In this document: in pieces, positions 50,164 through 63,692 of the stretch | Numbering within the stretch: the first letter of the stretch is position 1 | How the letters are laid out: each line of letters opens with the position of its first letter | Assembly (NCBI GenBank): GCA_039621445.1 | Contig: CP154954.1 | Coordinates: forward strand, 14,681,667 to 14,745,666 | DNA: 64,000 nucleotides | From: Euglena gracilis | Lineage: Eukaryota | Reading direction: 5' to 3' | Program-made: the position numbers and the translations under genes | Notes under the pieces: model-generated | Databases searched by the model: none | What the model was told of the DNA's origin: nothing | What the model saw: the letters and a program-made list of their open reading frames with translations, nothing else

Positions 50164-51205
50164 CAATTTGTTCAACCCAAGACAACCGATCCCACAAGAA
50201 TACCTCCCTCTTCGACCTGAATGAGACGAAGACGGAAAACGGAAATACGTGAAGCGCCTGTTCGGCAAAACCCTCCGAAGAGAGATCTTTGCCTCATTAT
50301 TCAAGGGCAAACGTGCAAATAAGGATGTGTTAGCCATCCCGATACTGGACTGACTTCCTGGTGGATCGGGAGGAACCAAATTTATCGGATGGCAAAACTT
50401 TCGTCTAGGACCCCGTACAAAATTTCCTGAACTTAAACCGGTGGAGTCCGAAGCAGCGCCGTCTGCAACTGAACAGGAACCCACAACAGTTGCGTCATCC
50501 ACAACGACAACAGCCAAAAGAGCAGCGAAGTCTGCAACCAAACGTTCGGAAGAACGTTTGCTACAACCTCCATCTACACCTACAATGCCTGCGGAACATA
50601 CCCCCGTATATTCTTCAGACTCGTCGTCCGTTTCGTCCTCTGGGTCCTCCGGAGTGAGGAAATGGAAGAAGGGACAGACAATGAACACAGCACACGCTTC
50701 GTCTCCTCTGCCACCATAAGTTCCCCGTGGATTTCTGGGGCTTTGGAGTGCGCGGTCTGACGCATTCCAAATAATAATCCAAAATGTGGCCGGATTCATC
50801 GTAAGGCCTTCCCCCTCAAGCATCCTCCCAGGAATCCGACACGTAGGGAGAGGCTGCTTGATGACCTGTGGAGACATCGAACCCAACCCCGGACCAGCGG
50901 ACCACCACATGGTCGACCTGGCACACGGCGCAGCCCACTGAGACGCCGCAGCGGTCATCGACCCAGCAGGTCAAGAGGTCAACCTGCGTCTCATCCAGGA
51001 TTCCATCATCGTCGGCCCTCCTCGATGCCCCATTTAGGACATTCTACAAGACCGCATTCATACAGTGCGCCATGTAACCTGCCAAATGTCAGCAAGGGGT
51101 ATCGGACACTCTGGCCGACTTGACTACACACACTACGCCACAACCCCAAACGACTCCAACCTCTTTGCGATTCTCGCATTCCCCAAGCTGGTCCTAAGAA
51201 CCCGG
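50164..51205 (+). pseudogene. Non-LTR retrotransposon relic (CRE/RLE-like pre-RT region) with 2A peptide
   Basis: One frame broken by stops: ...GRGCLMTCGDIEPNPGP (DIEPNPGP at 50873-50896)...DILQDRIHTVRHV...NLFAILAFPKLVLR. The last motif resembles the L..xPK..L motif I recall upstream of RT in CRE-like elements. Absent from other X copies. Confidence 0.65.
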
Positions 51206-51335
51206 CGTCCCAAACGCCGGTTTTACCACAAAAAGGGGGGGCGGACGCCGGTTCAGGACAGAACCAGCGTCCGACCCCCCCTTTGTTTAAAGCGGCGTTT
51301 TAGAGACGCCGGTTCAGGACAGAACCGGCGTCCCC
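51200..51335. repeat. Fold-back cluster: two GACGCCGGTTC-AGGACA-GAACCRGCGTC hairpins
   Basis: Copies at 51244-51271 and 51305-51332; they lie where the retrotransposon similarity ends. Confidence 0.8.
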
Positions 51336-51569
51336 AACCTTTGGTCAAAAGGCACTCCCAGGACCAATCTCTGACCACTGATCTGAAATATCACGCTATT
51401 TTGAATTTTGCCAAATTCCGACGATCGCGAGCGTATATCTGGCTGTGTCAATCGTCCAGGTACAAAGTCACACCTCAATTGAAAGCTCTTTTCATCAGAC
51501 GACTAGCGATCACCACCAAATTCAGCCACACCGCTACCCTCACCCCCCCCCTATTTGGCTAATGGCCGG

Positions 51570-53340
51570 GCCAATATTTTTTTGTTTGTTTTGCCAAAGT
51601 GCGGCATTATCGTCAACGGGCATGTTTTCCTCTTGCGCGGTGTCAGACGTTGTATCGAGTTCTACCTCGAAGGGTAGATGTGACCCGGCTTTTCCCGGTC
51701 ACATCAGTGTAAGTTGGCGCTGGTGTGGTAGCAGCTGAGGTCTTCGCCCGCTTTCCTGATTTTTTACCACTCCCAGGTGCAGGTGGTTTTGGCTCGTTGT
51801 GTCGTTCAGCAGGTTTGCATGGGTCTGCAGGCTGCGGTTTAGGCTTAGGTTTACTGCCTTTTTCTTTCCTTTTTCTTTCTGTGGCGGAAAGGGGCGCTCT
51901 GCAGGGGACTTTGAAGCAGGTTTTTTGTTGGTGTAGTGGTAGGTGGTACGTCAGGTGCCGTCGGTACCACCTGTTCAGGTGTGTGTGTGTACCACTACGG
52001 GTGTTGTGTCGTGTGGTGGCGTTGTTTCGACCGTAGTCGATTCGGTCGTTGTCACCACTTCGGGTGTTTGGACAGTGGTTTGTACAACAGGAGTAGAGCT
52101 GGCCGCGTCTGCTGCCAGTTCTGCAGTCGAAGCCGGAACTTCTTGTGTGGGTTGTTCGCCACGTCCCGTGTCACGGGGATTTCACGTTGAGGAGGAAGAC
52201 CTCGATCTCACCATTGTGATTATCGAGGTAAGTCACTTCGGACGCCTCCTAGGATGCGTCCTGCTGCCTGCCCGACTCCTGGTGGTATGAGTATGAAGTC
52301 GTCTGGGTCCGCTGTAAATGCCGAAATTCACGTTGTATTTGTTCAGTCTCGTCGTGTAGTGATTATATCTTCATCAGTTGCTTCTCGTCCACTTTCCCCA
52401 CGTGCGGAGGTGGGTGGAACCGTGTCTCTCAGAGGCGCTGCGGCCTTTGTAGGGTTTGCAGGCACTTCGGCCATTGTAAGTTCTGTAGGAGCGTCAGGTT
52501 CCGCGTCTGGTAATGGTGTTTGTGGTCGTGCCTGAGCAGGCGTTGTAGCTGGCATTTCGGCCCTTACAGCTTTTTGTGCGCTGTACTCTCCGCGTTCCAG
52601 ACTCCGCAGACGCCCAAATGACGAATTTTTGTGGATATGTCAGGTCGATTCCGACCACTTGGAAATGGGGGCCGTAGTGTTCGTTCAGAAAAATTTGGTA
52701 ATTGTATCAAAACATTTCGTGTGGAAGTGGGAATACTTCCCATAGCATGCTTTGTGGTCCGATTTCTCGGATATCGTCGAACATTGTCTTCAGTGCGTCA
52801 AGGGTTGATTCCCATCCGTATTGTAGACATAGATTTGGATGTGGTAGGTAGTGTCCTTTGCTGGCTGGGATTGCAAATGAGCCGAAGTTCATGCAATGGA
52901 ATCTGAGCCAGAAAAGGAATTGCCAGAATCCCGGCAATTTGTGAATGCCATCCTGGCTTTCGTAGCAGGAAATTGTACCGTCGAAAAAAAGCCTCGTGCT
53001 TTTTCCTTGTACAGTTTGACCATATGTCGGTGTATTTCTGGAGCAACCACACAGGGGTGTTGCTCTTCGTAGTATTTCTGCATGATTGTGTCACATCCGT
53101 CTGAAATCCAGAACAGATGGTCAATCATGAATTGTACGTCCAGGTCGTAACCGTCCCAAACGCACAAAGGGTGCAGCCCAACGAGAATGGGCGGAGGCCC
53201 AACAACAACGAAGACTCCTCGGACACATCTGCCACAATCCCCTCGAAGTTATGGAAATCGGATACGCCAGACAAAACCACCGACAAATGCTTCTGCACGT
53301 GCAGACATTCCAATGGAGAGCACGGGTATGCTATGCATTA
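51570..53340 (-). pseudogene. Degenerate intronless coding relic of unknown family (part of the 50164-53345 insertion)
   Basis: Overlapping frameshifted ORF pieces (52889-53167, 52707-52937, 52343-52555), then P/T/K-rich low complexity; no motif recognised. Confidence 0.4.
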
Positions 53341-54594
53341 GAAGTCTGAAAAACGGTGGTGGCTCGCTGGATCCCAGGGGGTGGGTCCAGCTTTAGAATT
53401 TCCCTGGGATGGGGTACAGGTGTACGATGTGGCTGAAGACATCAAAAATTCAAAGCAATTGAATTATCGAATATTCAAGTATTGTGTGTAAAAAGTATGG
53501 CATATAAGTGTGACAAAAATTCCCAGAGCTCTGATGGCCAAAAAAGGGATGTGAATGTCACAAACATCATTGTGTGTTTTTAAATCATGGTTGTTTTGTT
53601 TTGACATACCCTCCTCAACCTCCGGCCAATTATGTGGCCATGGCTAGGGCACCAAATTGAAACCAGCTATTAGGAGCCGTGCAAGGGACCACATGTGCAC
53701 AGTTGCCTGGGGCTGCTGAAGCTCTTACAATCCCATCACCGCCATTTGGCCATCCAAGTCGGCAGGGCTTTTGCAGATTGCTAAGGTGCATTTACTATCA
53801 TTGGAACTCCAAGCCTCCAAGCCAACCTTTAAAGCAATTTTATGACTTCATAATTATTATTTTCCTGATAAGAAGTCCAATCCGTCTGTGACCTAATTTC
53901 CCCCTCGTTTTTTGGATCTTTCATGCCATACAGGGCCCTTAGTTTCAAAGGTACCAACTCTCCTGTTTTTGTTTTCCCCAGTTTGTTTGATCCCGGTTTG
54001 TGTGACCGAGCACTTTTGCAACTTTTTGATACACCTCCCTTTTGCGACGAAAAAACCGTTGAGCACCTCCCCCGTTTTTTTGGGTGGTTTCTTCTGGCCC
54101 CCCCCCTTCTTGTCGTACGACCACCCATCATTTACAACCACGCCCCGGTCACAGGTTGCAGATTTAGAAAATTTTAACATCATTTTACCTGCGGCCACCC
54201 CCTCATTTACGACCGCCCCCCGGTCACCGGTTGCAGGTTACGGGGGTGTTACGACCCCCCCCCCCCCGGACAAGGGGGGGCGGGTAATACCGTGCCTCGT
54301 TGTTTGTTGTTTTTTCTTTATCTTTTTTGCAGCATTTCGCCACGCAAAAATGGATTACAACAAAGTGCAAAACGTTCCATGAATTCCAATCAGTCAAAGC
54401 GCGTCCATTTTACTGTTCCAAAAAGTCAAGGGCTCTTCAAGGACAAAACGACATCCCCACCGACATCTCTTTTCATGTCCGTCAGCCCCGGGCTCCATTC
54501 CCTGCCTGATATTTTCCACTGCAGTGCAGGGTTCTTCTGTAATGTAGCAGAGTTTTTATGAGGATCTCCCTCTCTCTCTCCCCCTCTGTCTCGC

Positions 54595-54597
54595 TGT

Positions 54598-54628
<31 letters not shown>

Positions 54629-54851
54629 CGTGCGTGTGCGTGCGTGTGTGTGTGTGTTGTGTGTGTTTTGCAAGTGTGTGTGTGTGTGGGTGGGTGGGTG
54701 GGTGGGTGGGTGTGCGTGTGCGTGCGTGTGTGTGTGCGTGCGTGCGTGCATGCGTGTGTTTGTGTGTGTGTGTGTGTGTGTCTCTGTGTGTGTGTGTGAG
54801 AGCGTGTGTGTGTGTGTGTGTGTGCGTGTGTGTGTGTGTCTGTGTGTGTGT

Positions 54852-54884
<33 letters not shown>

Positions 54885-54895
54885 AGTGTGCGTGA
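54595..54895. repeat. Compound (TG)n microsatellite
   Basis: Direct reading; shorter equivalents at ~11300-11360 and ~18380-18423 in other X copies. Confidence 0.97.
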
Positions 54896-55087
54896 ACACC
54901 TGTATGTGGACAAGCATAAATCGTTTGGGCGTCCGAAGTCAGGGCAAAGGGGCTGTTATTCTGGTGTAACCCTGGCCTCGCCTTGCACATCCTGCTCCCT
55001 CGAGCCCCGCCAGCGGTCCATTCAGCAGGAACCCTACGCTCACCCCGGCCGTGACCGCGCCACCCGTGCCACTGCGGTGGTCGTGCC

Positions 55088-55683
55088 CAGGGTTTTTTTT
55101 TTAAGTCGTGGACCCCTGGGGGGGGGGGGGGGTGGGCCCGGCCGAGCCGCCCCCCCCCCCCAGGGGGTCCTCCCGGAGGGGGGTGGGACATAAACTCCTC
55201 CAATCAATAACCCCCCGTTTATTATTTGGACACTCAAAGTTGGGGTCCAGGGGGGTTATTTTTTGGGGGGGTTTATTATTTGGGCAAAATTTTCGAAGTC
55301 AAAAGTGGACTTCACTTTTTTGGCTTTCTGGGGCTTTTTTTTGAAAAAAGGGTGCTTTTTTTGGCATTATTTGTGCACCACTTTTATCCATTTTGTTGAT
55401 TTTTGCAACATTTCTGCTATTTTTACTCATTCTTTCCCTTTGTTTTCACACCTGCGGAGGGGGTTTATTATTTGGGCGGCCAAAGTCGGTCCTCAGGGGT
55501 GGGGTTTATTATTTGGAGAGGGGTTGCTTTTCGGCACCTTTGCGCCGAAAAATTTTGAAGAAGTTCTATTTTTGGCATTTTTCGCAATTTTTTGGCCAAT
55601 TTTGTGGGTCCCTCCGGGACCCCCAGGGGGGGGGGGTGGGTGGGGGAGATTTCCTCACCCCCCCGTTTTTTTAAAAACCCCTG
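55088..55683. mobile_element. MITE (hAT-like) inserted in a conserved X module, possibly with a nested element at ~55193-55524
   Basis: TIR CAGGG-Tn-AA / TTAAAAACCCCTG; TSD GTCGTGCC at 55080-55087 and 55684-55691; empty site GGTGGTCGTGCCGCTCC at ~12162-12178. Confidence 0.93.
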
Positions 55684-56439
55684 GTCGTGCCGCTCCATCG
55701 ATTGCCACCGACTCCGCCTTATCATGAAAAACACACAATTGCCAGAGTTGTTGTCCAGCAAAAGAAGAGGAAGGGATTATCAATGTTGAGAAATCGAAAG
55801 GACACACAAAATGACGTTTTTCCCTTGCTCTTCCGAGAGTATACCGTAATGTGTTTGGTCGGGTTTTTGAATATAAATTTTCTAAAATGACATGCGTGAT
55901 AAAACAATTGGGTATTTACAATATTGTTTGTGATAGCATATGCCAATAGTTGGAGAGAAAATGTTAGACAAGGACCAGTTTTTTTTGAAAATCTCTCAAT
56001 CAGGTCTTAGGCCTTGTTACGACAGTGTGTGTGCCAAACAGATGTGTGTGTATGCCAAATGTGTGTGCCAAACAATTGTGTGTGCCAAACAGATGCGATT
56101 GCCGAATTGCATGCCACGCCACAGATAGCCCCGCTTCTTGAGGAGCCCCCCCATTTCACAGCAGAACCCTCCGACGAGGGCTGCCCCACTGAATCGTGCG
56201 ACAACCAAGTTTGCTTCTACGACAATCACGTGGTGAATGGTGCAGTGTCCCCTGGGAGTGTCTCTCTCTCCCCCCCTCTCCTTTTTCCACAAAAAGTGAG
56301 GTTAAGCACAGGGAAGGTCCCTTGAGCTCGTCCCAGGAAGGCTCACAGGCTCTGGCTGTCTGGGTGCCCGTGGGACGAAGCCCCGGGACCTGTTCCACCC
56401 GTTGTGGGGTGGCCGCGGTTACCCACGTATCTCTCTCTT

Positions 56440-56720
<281 letters not shown>

Positions 56721-57243
56721 TCCTCTATCTCTGGATTTGGGCGCATTTTGGCGCCAGGCAGGTCTTGCCCGGGCTGCCAATTGAGTCTGGGGACCAACTG
56801 CCAAGTTTGCACGTTAACAGTAGCGGCAGGCCATGCACAAAACAGGCTAAAATCCTAAAAGCCTGAAGAGGGGGGGCAAGCAAATTTTCATTTAGTGCGC
56901 CGCGTAAAATTCTTTTTTTTCTGCTCCGCGTGCGCCGCGGCATTAGAAATTTTGTGACCGCGTGCGCCGCGGAAGGTTTCATTCTGTGCGCCGCATGTAC
57001 CGACGGCATAGCCATCCCAATTATCCCCTGCCCGTGCCATAACAAAAGAAGGCATGTGCCGCGGGAACGTCATTGGTGCGCCGTGGGTGTGTTGTTGGTG
57101 CGCCGCGGCAGCTTTTCAGGTGCGTCGCAGGTGTGCCGCGGCAAAAATTCAATTGTTTGCCGCTTGCGCCTCGGAAAGGTAAAGGTAAAAAAAGGTAAAG
57201 GGGATGCCCACCCCGTCCCGCACACAGCGGGCAGGTCCGAAGA

Positions 57244-57338
57244 CCTGGGCGGCTTCGGAACCAGCCGGGCCATCCTTCTCAATCCACCAAAGCCCGGCAG
57301 AACCAAGGCAGTCACCCAGTGGTGGGTGACTGCCTTGG
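57244..57338 (-). ncRNA. Diverged, probably inactive type III hammerhead (core UUGAGAA)
   Basis: GUC...CCACCA/UGGUGG stem I, UUGAGAA, GGA-uggcccggcuggu-UCC, GAAG. Loop I is interrupted by a 21-bp inverted duplication. Confidence 0.7.
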
Positions 57339-58399
57339 TTCTGGGCATGCTCTGTGGGTGGGCTAGTCATGGACCGAAAGGGATGGCGACCCCGGGCCAC
57401 CCACAGGTGAGTCACGTCCCCTTGGGCACCCTGGAGAGCAACTCCGCAGTCACATGGCCCTCGAGTGTGCCCCACACCCGCGGAATGGCCCGTGTGCTCC
57501 AGTTGCCAAGGGGCTTGGGGCCATGGTATGTCCCACTTCGCTTGCTGCTCTGCGGACAGGGTTGGTGGGGCACAGGCACCACGCTGCCTGCCGCCCGCCT
57601 GAACATGGTTCGGTCTTGTTCGGGGAGCGTGGCGTGAGTGGTTGAGGCCCTTGGGAGGGGGGGAGGCCCTTGGTGGTGGTGCCTGGAACCAGGGTTGTCA
57701 GCCATGACAGTCACTTTCGTGCCAGTCATGTGTGTGGCGCTCGAGAATCCGTGGGCATCATTAGGGCTTTCGCGCTTCTTGCCATTCTTGGTGATGCTTC
57801 GTTGCTAGGGGCCGGCTGATGCCCAGATTTTGTTGTGTAAGGTCTGGGTCCCATGACTCGCAGATGGCCCCCGTCCTCGTCCGGTTTTTTCATAGTCCGT
57901 CAAACCGCTCTCCACCCCTCTTTTGCTGCGCAGATTCACAGATCAGATCGATAACCCCGCCACGGTGTGCTTCTGATGCTTGGGGCGTCCCCCTCTTTTG
58001 GATGTTGCATGGAGACTCGCCCGGGCTCTCCGAGGTCGGGATTCTTACAGCATCACCCCCGGGTCAAGCCATTGCTGCTTACAGGTTGGGCACACCTCAC
58101 CTCTGGGGCGCCCCCCTCTCCATGCCCCGGCCAGTGGACGGATTAGGACACTCCCATTTGCGCCGCTTGCGATGGCGCACGTGTGACTCCCGGACGATGA
58201 TCACCGTGTCCAGGACTCGGGTATGGGAGGCGGCGGTGGGGCAAGGCGGCGGTGTCATCTCGACCAGCAGGTCGTCGATGCCACCAGGAAAGGGTGTCAG
58301 GTGGCTGAAGACAGTGAGGAAAGCTCCACGGGAGAGGTCATGGGGAGGGCTGTGGCCCATGGAGCTGGGGGCGTGCGTTTGGGGCCATTTCCTTGGAGA

Positions 58400-58735
58400 A
58401 CCAGCTGCGGAGCTCACGATCTCGGTGACGTTCCATCGCTAAAAGAGGAAGCGGCTCCACACGGACTGCACAAGGCGGCGTGAATACCCCCGCCGCCAGA
58501 TCGCATTACGGAGAACGTTGGCCACGGACTGCTTAAAATACCCCATGTGGCTGCAGGCCATCCGGGCGAACTCCAGGCGGCCCATGATGACCCCGCCCAG
58601 CTGCTCGGTGGGAGCTGCTCGGCGTCGGTGGCCAGGGGGCAGCGGACGATGTGGTCGGGGTACTCCTCCTCGCGGTTGTGGATAGTGGTGTGCACCACCC
58701 GCTCCCCTTTTGTATGGCATTGTATATACATCCTT
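58400..58735 (-). pseudogene. Penelope-like reverse transcriptase, C-terminal (thumb) fragment
   Basis: TTIHNREEEYPDHIVRCP / APTEQLGGVIMGRLEFARMACSHMGYFKQSVANVLRNAIWRRGYSRRLV, matching the PLE pattern T.xYxK...F.IV..P.....P....GV....L.R....C.....F.......L...RGY. One frameshift; catalytic core deleted. Confidence 0.75.
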
Positions 58736-61700
58736 CAGTCTTCAGTGATGTGGGCTGCTGCCTTTCGATGATGCTGCTCTTGCCGCGGTGGTGCTTGTTG
58801 CGGGTGGGGCTGGGGTGCCGATGGCCAGCACAGTACAGTGTGCCAGATAGTGCCTCTCTGGCCAGGTGCTGTCCATCGTGCCATTTTGATGCAGACTCGC
58901 TGCCCCCAACTGCAGCCGTGCCCTCTGGGCCTGGTGGTGCTGATTACTGCTTTGATTAGGCATTGGACTGGCATGGGAAACTGTGCGCGCCCATGCCAGT
59001 CCCTGCGTTCCCCTGAGCGAGGCGGCCACTGCCCCAGTGTCCAGCCCCGGAAGTGGGCGTTGGTGGCTGCACACTCTCTCTTTTGTCATGAAGGTGGTCA
59101 CGCCTTTGGCATGTTTTTGTCCATGGCCGCCATCGCCGCTGCTGGGGTCTTGGTTCGCCCATCAGCCCGACCACCTTCACCCAAAATGTTGCAAAGGGTC
59201 ACTTGCAAGGCAATTTATGGGGAGCTTTGAACTCACCAGGGAGGTAAGAGGCTTCACCCCATGACCCTCTCCCTCTCTCCCTTCCTCTCTTTTTTTCAAT
59301 TCCTGTGAGCTCGTTTTGGACAGTCTGTACCACGCAGAATATATATACCCTCACTAAATGATTTATCCCACAATGATTGTGTCTCTTATTCGAAAAATTC
59401 CCTCCCTCTCTCTCTCTCTCTCTATGTGTGTGCGTGCTCGCATAAATATTCATATATTTTCATTGGAAATTCAAAGGTGTTCTTAGGCAGCCCTAAATTA
59501 AAGGTTTTTTTTCCTTGCTGCCCCACAACCATTGTTTGCTCTTTGTGTCATTTTGTTCAATATCTTTATATTTTCAACGATGGGTGGAAAAACCACACTG
59601 AGATGGGTGTGTTTGGTTTTTCATAGTTTCGATTCTATCGCGTGTTCCGTTGACAGAGGTATATTCAACACTTGCGCCTCATCCCCCCCCCCCAGGTCTC
59701 CCCCATGTCGTTCAACCCACCCCTGGTCGTTGATTGCAAAACATTGGTCATATGAAGGGGTGGCTGTTGTTACCGGCGGTGGGAAGGACTTGAGCTGCTG
59801 TCACTGTCCATTTTGTTGCAAGGTTGGCAAGACAAATTTAGCATTTGGGGCATGTATTTTGCCTGCGGTTGTCAGTCATAGCTTCAGGATTTACGGACCT
59901 TCCCCTGGGGTCCTCTGGACAACTGGGAAATGAGGTGCTGGTTTGTTCCCCTGGAGGGGGAAATTCAATGGGGTCCAGCCCCAGCAACTGGTACCCCAAA
60001 AGCAGCCCAAATACAACTGGGTTGGCATTTTTTTTCACTAAAATTTGCAGCCGAAAACCCCAAACCCGCAAAAAAAATGCCATTTTGGGATTTTGTGGGC
60101 TATTTTTCACCCTTTTTTCAAAAATGTTGGTACGCCTGGCTTCACTGGGTGGTCGGTGGCCCCCTGTGGGGTCCACAGCCCACCTGGGAGGGCTGGCTGC
60201 TGGATGGCTGGCTGGACCCCCCCGAGGGCAGGGCCCATCCGGCTTAAGAAAATCCTTGCATACACTACTCCAGTGGCATTGTTCGTTCATTCGTTTTGTT
60301 TGAGCAGTTGTAGTTGGTCCGTTTGCAAGTTTGGTGCCATTCCACTCAGCAGGACGGACAGTGAAGCGGCTTGCCAGTGATAGCCAGTCTCCGCTTTCTA
60401 CCCATGCCCTTGGTGCACATGCCACGCCTCTACCAATTGCAAGCCATTCCTTCGTTCATGATCCCTATTCTTTCAAAGGTCCCTGGTTTAATGCGAAGAG
60501 AATCCTTCGTTTTCTTTTCAGAGGAGTCTTGGCAAACCAGACAAAAGAATGTGAACCATGTTTGTAAAGCGGTTTTATTGTCACCCACCCACCCACCAGC
60601 CCAACGCACAGGAAAAAGTTCTTTTTTTCATTTCTTAAGTTTTTTGTGTGCACCATTCCTCTGCAAGCGGTTAGCGACTTTTTTTAGTTTTGTTTTGTTT
60701 TTTTTTCTCAAAAATGAATTTGAAATCATTGTGTTCAATGTGTTTTTTCAGGTTCGCTTGGAAAATTATTTTGCAAAATTTTTATCACATTGAATCCAGG
60801 GACTGCGCCAATGGACCCCGTGCCATATGCTGACACCTCCCAGCATCTTCCTCCCAGCCTGAGAATGGAACGCGAAGTCAAAACTCTTTGTTATCAGAAA
60901 GTTTTGTCACCAAAGATATTGCCTGAGCTAATTGATTGAGACATAATCAAAAAAGGATTGGACCATGGACTATTTCCCCCCAAATTTGAGGTTGTACACC
61001 TTACATTAACAGCTTTGGAGCAGCATTTCTGCCTCATTGTGCAACTTGTGTAACACCCCCAAAAAAGCACCAGGAAAATTCAGTGGGAATGTGCCCTGTG
61101 TCCACAAGCCCCCCCATGGATGAGTAATTCGTTTTTGGCCCAAACCCTTTGGGGGGTCAGCAAAAAACAACAACGTTGAAATGACCCGGGAAAATTTTGG
61201 TGTTTTTTTGATTGTGATCAATTTGGATTTAGAGTATTTAGGTCCAGAGTGACCAACCCCCCGGGCCTGGGGGGATTATTGACTGGTTTCTTTTTTTAAA
61301 AAAGATGCCCGACTCGTCGTGGAAAGAGTCGAAGTAACAATGCCAGGGCCTTTCTTAGGTGACGTAACTTGCATTTAAGGAATTTGCCGGTGTGTGCGAA
61401 TTCTCACAACGTTTTTCAAAAATCAACCACTGCATCTGGGGAAACAAATATCTGCTTGTTTCACGCCTCTCGATACTGATAATGTATATTGCAAAAATTG
61501 GTGCCCCCACTCAGAGGTGGGGGTGGGGGGTGGGGGGGGGGGGGGTGAATCCAATAATAATTTCCTTGTTTCTGTGTGCATTTTTCGCTGTGAAATGTGC
61601 TTTCTATATCGGGGAACTGTTTGGGTAAAAAAAAACGGGAAAAATTCTTTGCACAAAAGGGTCTGAAAGTGGCATTTTGAGTTTTATTTGAGGGGTCGGG

Positions 61701-63659
61701 GGAAGGGGAGATCCAGGGGTGGGCAGCCCCTCCCCCGGGTAAAGCCAAAAAAAATTCACATTTTAGAACCATTTTTCAGGGGGGAAAACGTCGAAGAATG
61801 TGAAGTTTTTGAAAAGGGGGGATTAGTGGGGGGCAGGGGGAGAGGGGAGGTGCAGGGGGAGAGGGGTGAGGGAGCGATGGGGGGGGGGAGGGGGGGCGGG
61901 TATGCGGGTGGTAGAGCTAGAGTATATTATGATTGTGACATGAAAAACACACCTCCGAAATATTGTATGTTAAAATTTGGGCACATCGACCATTTGTGTG
62001 TTTTTGCAAGTAAAAAGTACACAAGTGGTCGATGTGTGCAAATGCAAACATCGACCATTTGGCAAAAATATTCAGGTAGTCGGTGTGTGCAAATGCACGA
62101 ACTGACCATTTTGCACAGATCCACAAATGGTTGGCGTATGCAAATATGCACGTGTTCAGTGTACCGCAATCCATCTCTTCAGCTGAAGTTGTGGAAAAGA
62201 TCTTTTTTTTTGCCTCATAAAAAGTTAAAAGCTGCCTTTTTTGTTTTCAGCTGGTCAAATTGTTTAAGGTTTGTGAATGGGAACAGTGTGCAATGTGCGA
62301 CGAAGAACGGTTGCAAACGTCCCTCTGTTTTTTTTTAGCATTTTGACGGTTTATGTAAACCGACATGAAAACGATTGGAGGTAGGAGATAAGACATTCAT
62401 TGCCCATGGAGCGGAGGCAATCGTTTTGTCACAGAACGTGACCTACCGAACAGGATGCACTGCCAGAGACCGGAATTTCTTCCCCGTGTAATCATTCAGC
62501 ATCCACAATGGTTGTTCACCAAAAAAAACAAGTTCCAGAATTCAAAGTGTGCATCTATAATCTTCTGGTTACCTGGGTCTGGAGCCGGTTTCCCATTTTT
62601 TACACCGTGCTGTTTCAAATCAAATCTCAAATATCTGTATCCAAAACACCACCTTTTTGTTGCTCTTGTGGCTACACTTGTGATGATGCCAGTTTTCTAT
62701 GGACCTGAAGCATGTCCCCCCCCCAATTCTGATTACCCGGTCGTAGAGGATAACGTACCAGCCTCGGTGGTGGTTGTTGACAGCCTGGTGGCTGCCAGAA
62801 CGCCATAACCTGCAATCATGTAATGTGACGGCTGCGGCCAAACGAAATCAATGGGACGAACGGCAAGGGCTTTTGAGGATTAACCATCGACCCATTGGCG
62901 CGGGTGAGCGTGAGGCGCGACGTGCTCTTGGTTAACCGCATACCAGAGGTCTTTGTCTCCATTTTGACCTTTAGAGCAGAGGATGTGGCAGCTGGACTCG
63001 TGCAAACCCGAAGATACCAATGCCGGTGGTGGTTGGGGCGGCATACGATGTGGTCTGTTTGAACAAACACATCCCCATTATGGACCATTTCCCCTGCGGC
63101 CTGCACACAACTTGACAAACACCCCAGACACGCCCTCTTTCCCTCTCCTAAACCCCCCATCATTTTTAAATAAGATGTTTATCACCCCTGATCCCACTAT
63201 GGGTATGAAAACCGAATTGCACAAAAAAAAAAGCTTTTTTCCCGTTTTCATCCCCAAACAAAAATAACAAAATAAATTATTTCACCCCCACACCCCCCCC
63301 CAATGCTCCTTCAGAAAGAAAGTTGTTTTTACCCCACAACCCGTGAGGGAAAATTATTTGTGGGGGTGTTGAAGACGTATTTTTGGGATCATTTTTTTTC
63401 ATTATCGTTCGCGACAATTAATTTTCTGTAACATTTTTTGATGAATAAAATACAATTCTACTGCAGCTCAATTGGCAGAGTGTCTATTTTGTGTGATTTT
63501 CAGATTATATGAGGCACCTGGCTCCTCACTCGAGCCTCCTGGAGCCTCCTTCAGGTGACCTCCTCGGCCGGGTTCCATTTTTTTGGAGACCCCAAGGCAG
63601 GAAAAAACAAAAATGTCTATCAAAATTCCGAGGAGAAGCGGAGAGAAAAACCGGGTGTT

Positions 63660-63692
<33 letters not shown>

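Noticed and set aside
50110-50958. 282-aa minus-strand ORF
   Set aside because: Antisense shadow of the plus-strand frame that carries the 2A and FPKLVLR motifs.
62816-63163. PNHHRHWYLRV as a Ulp1-type protease His motif
   Set aside because: Only a short match; no convincing in-frame Asp or Q-x5-C motif, and the coding strand of this block is unresolved.
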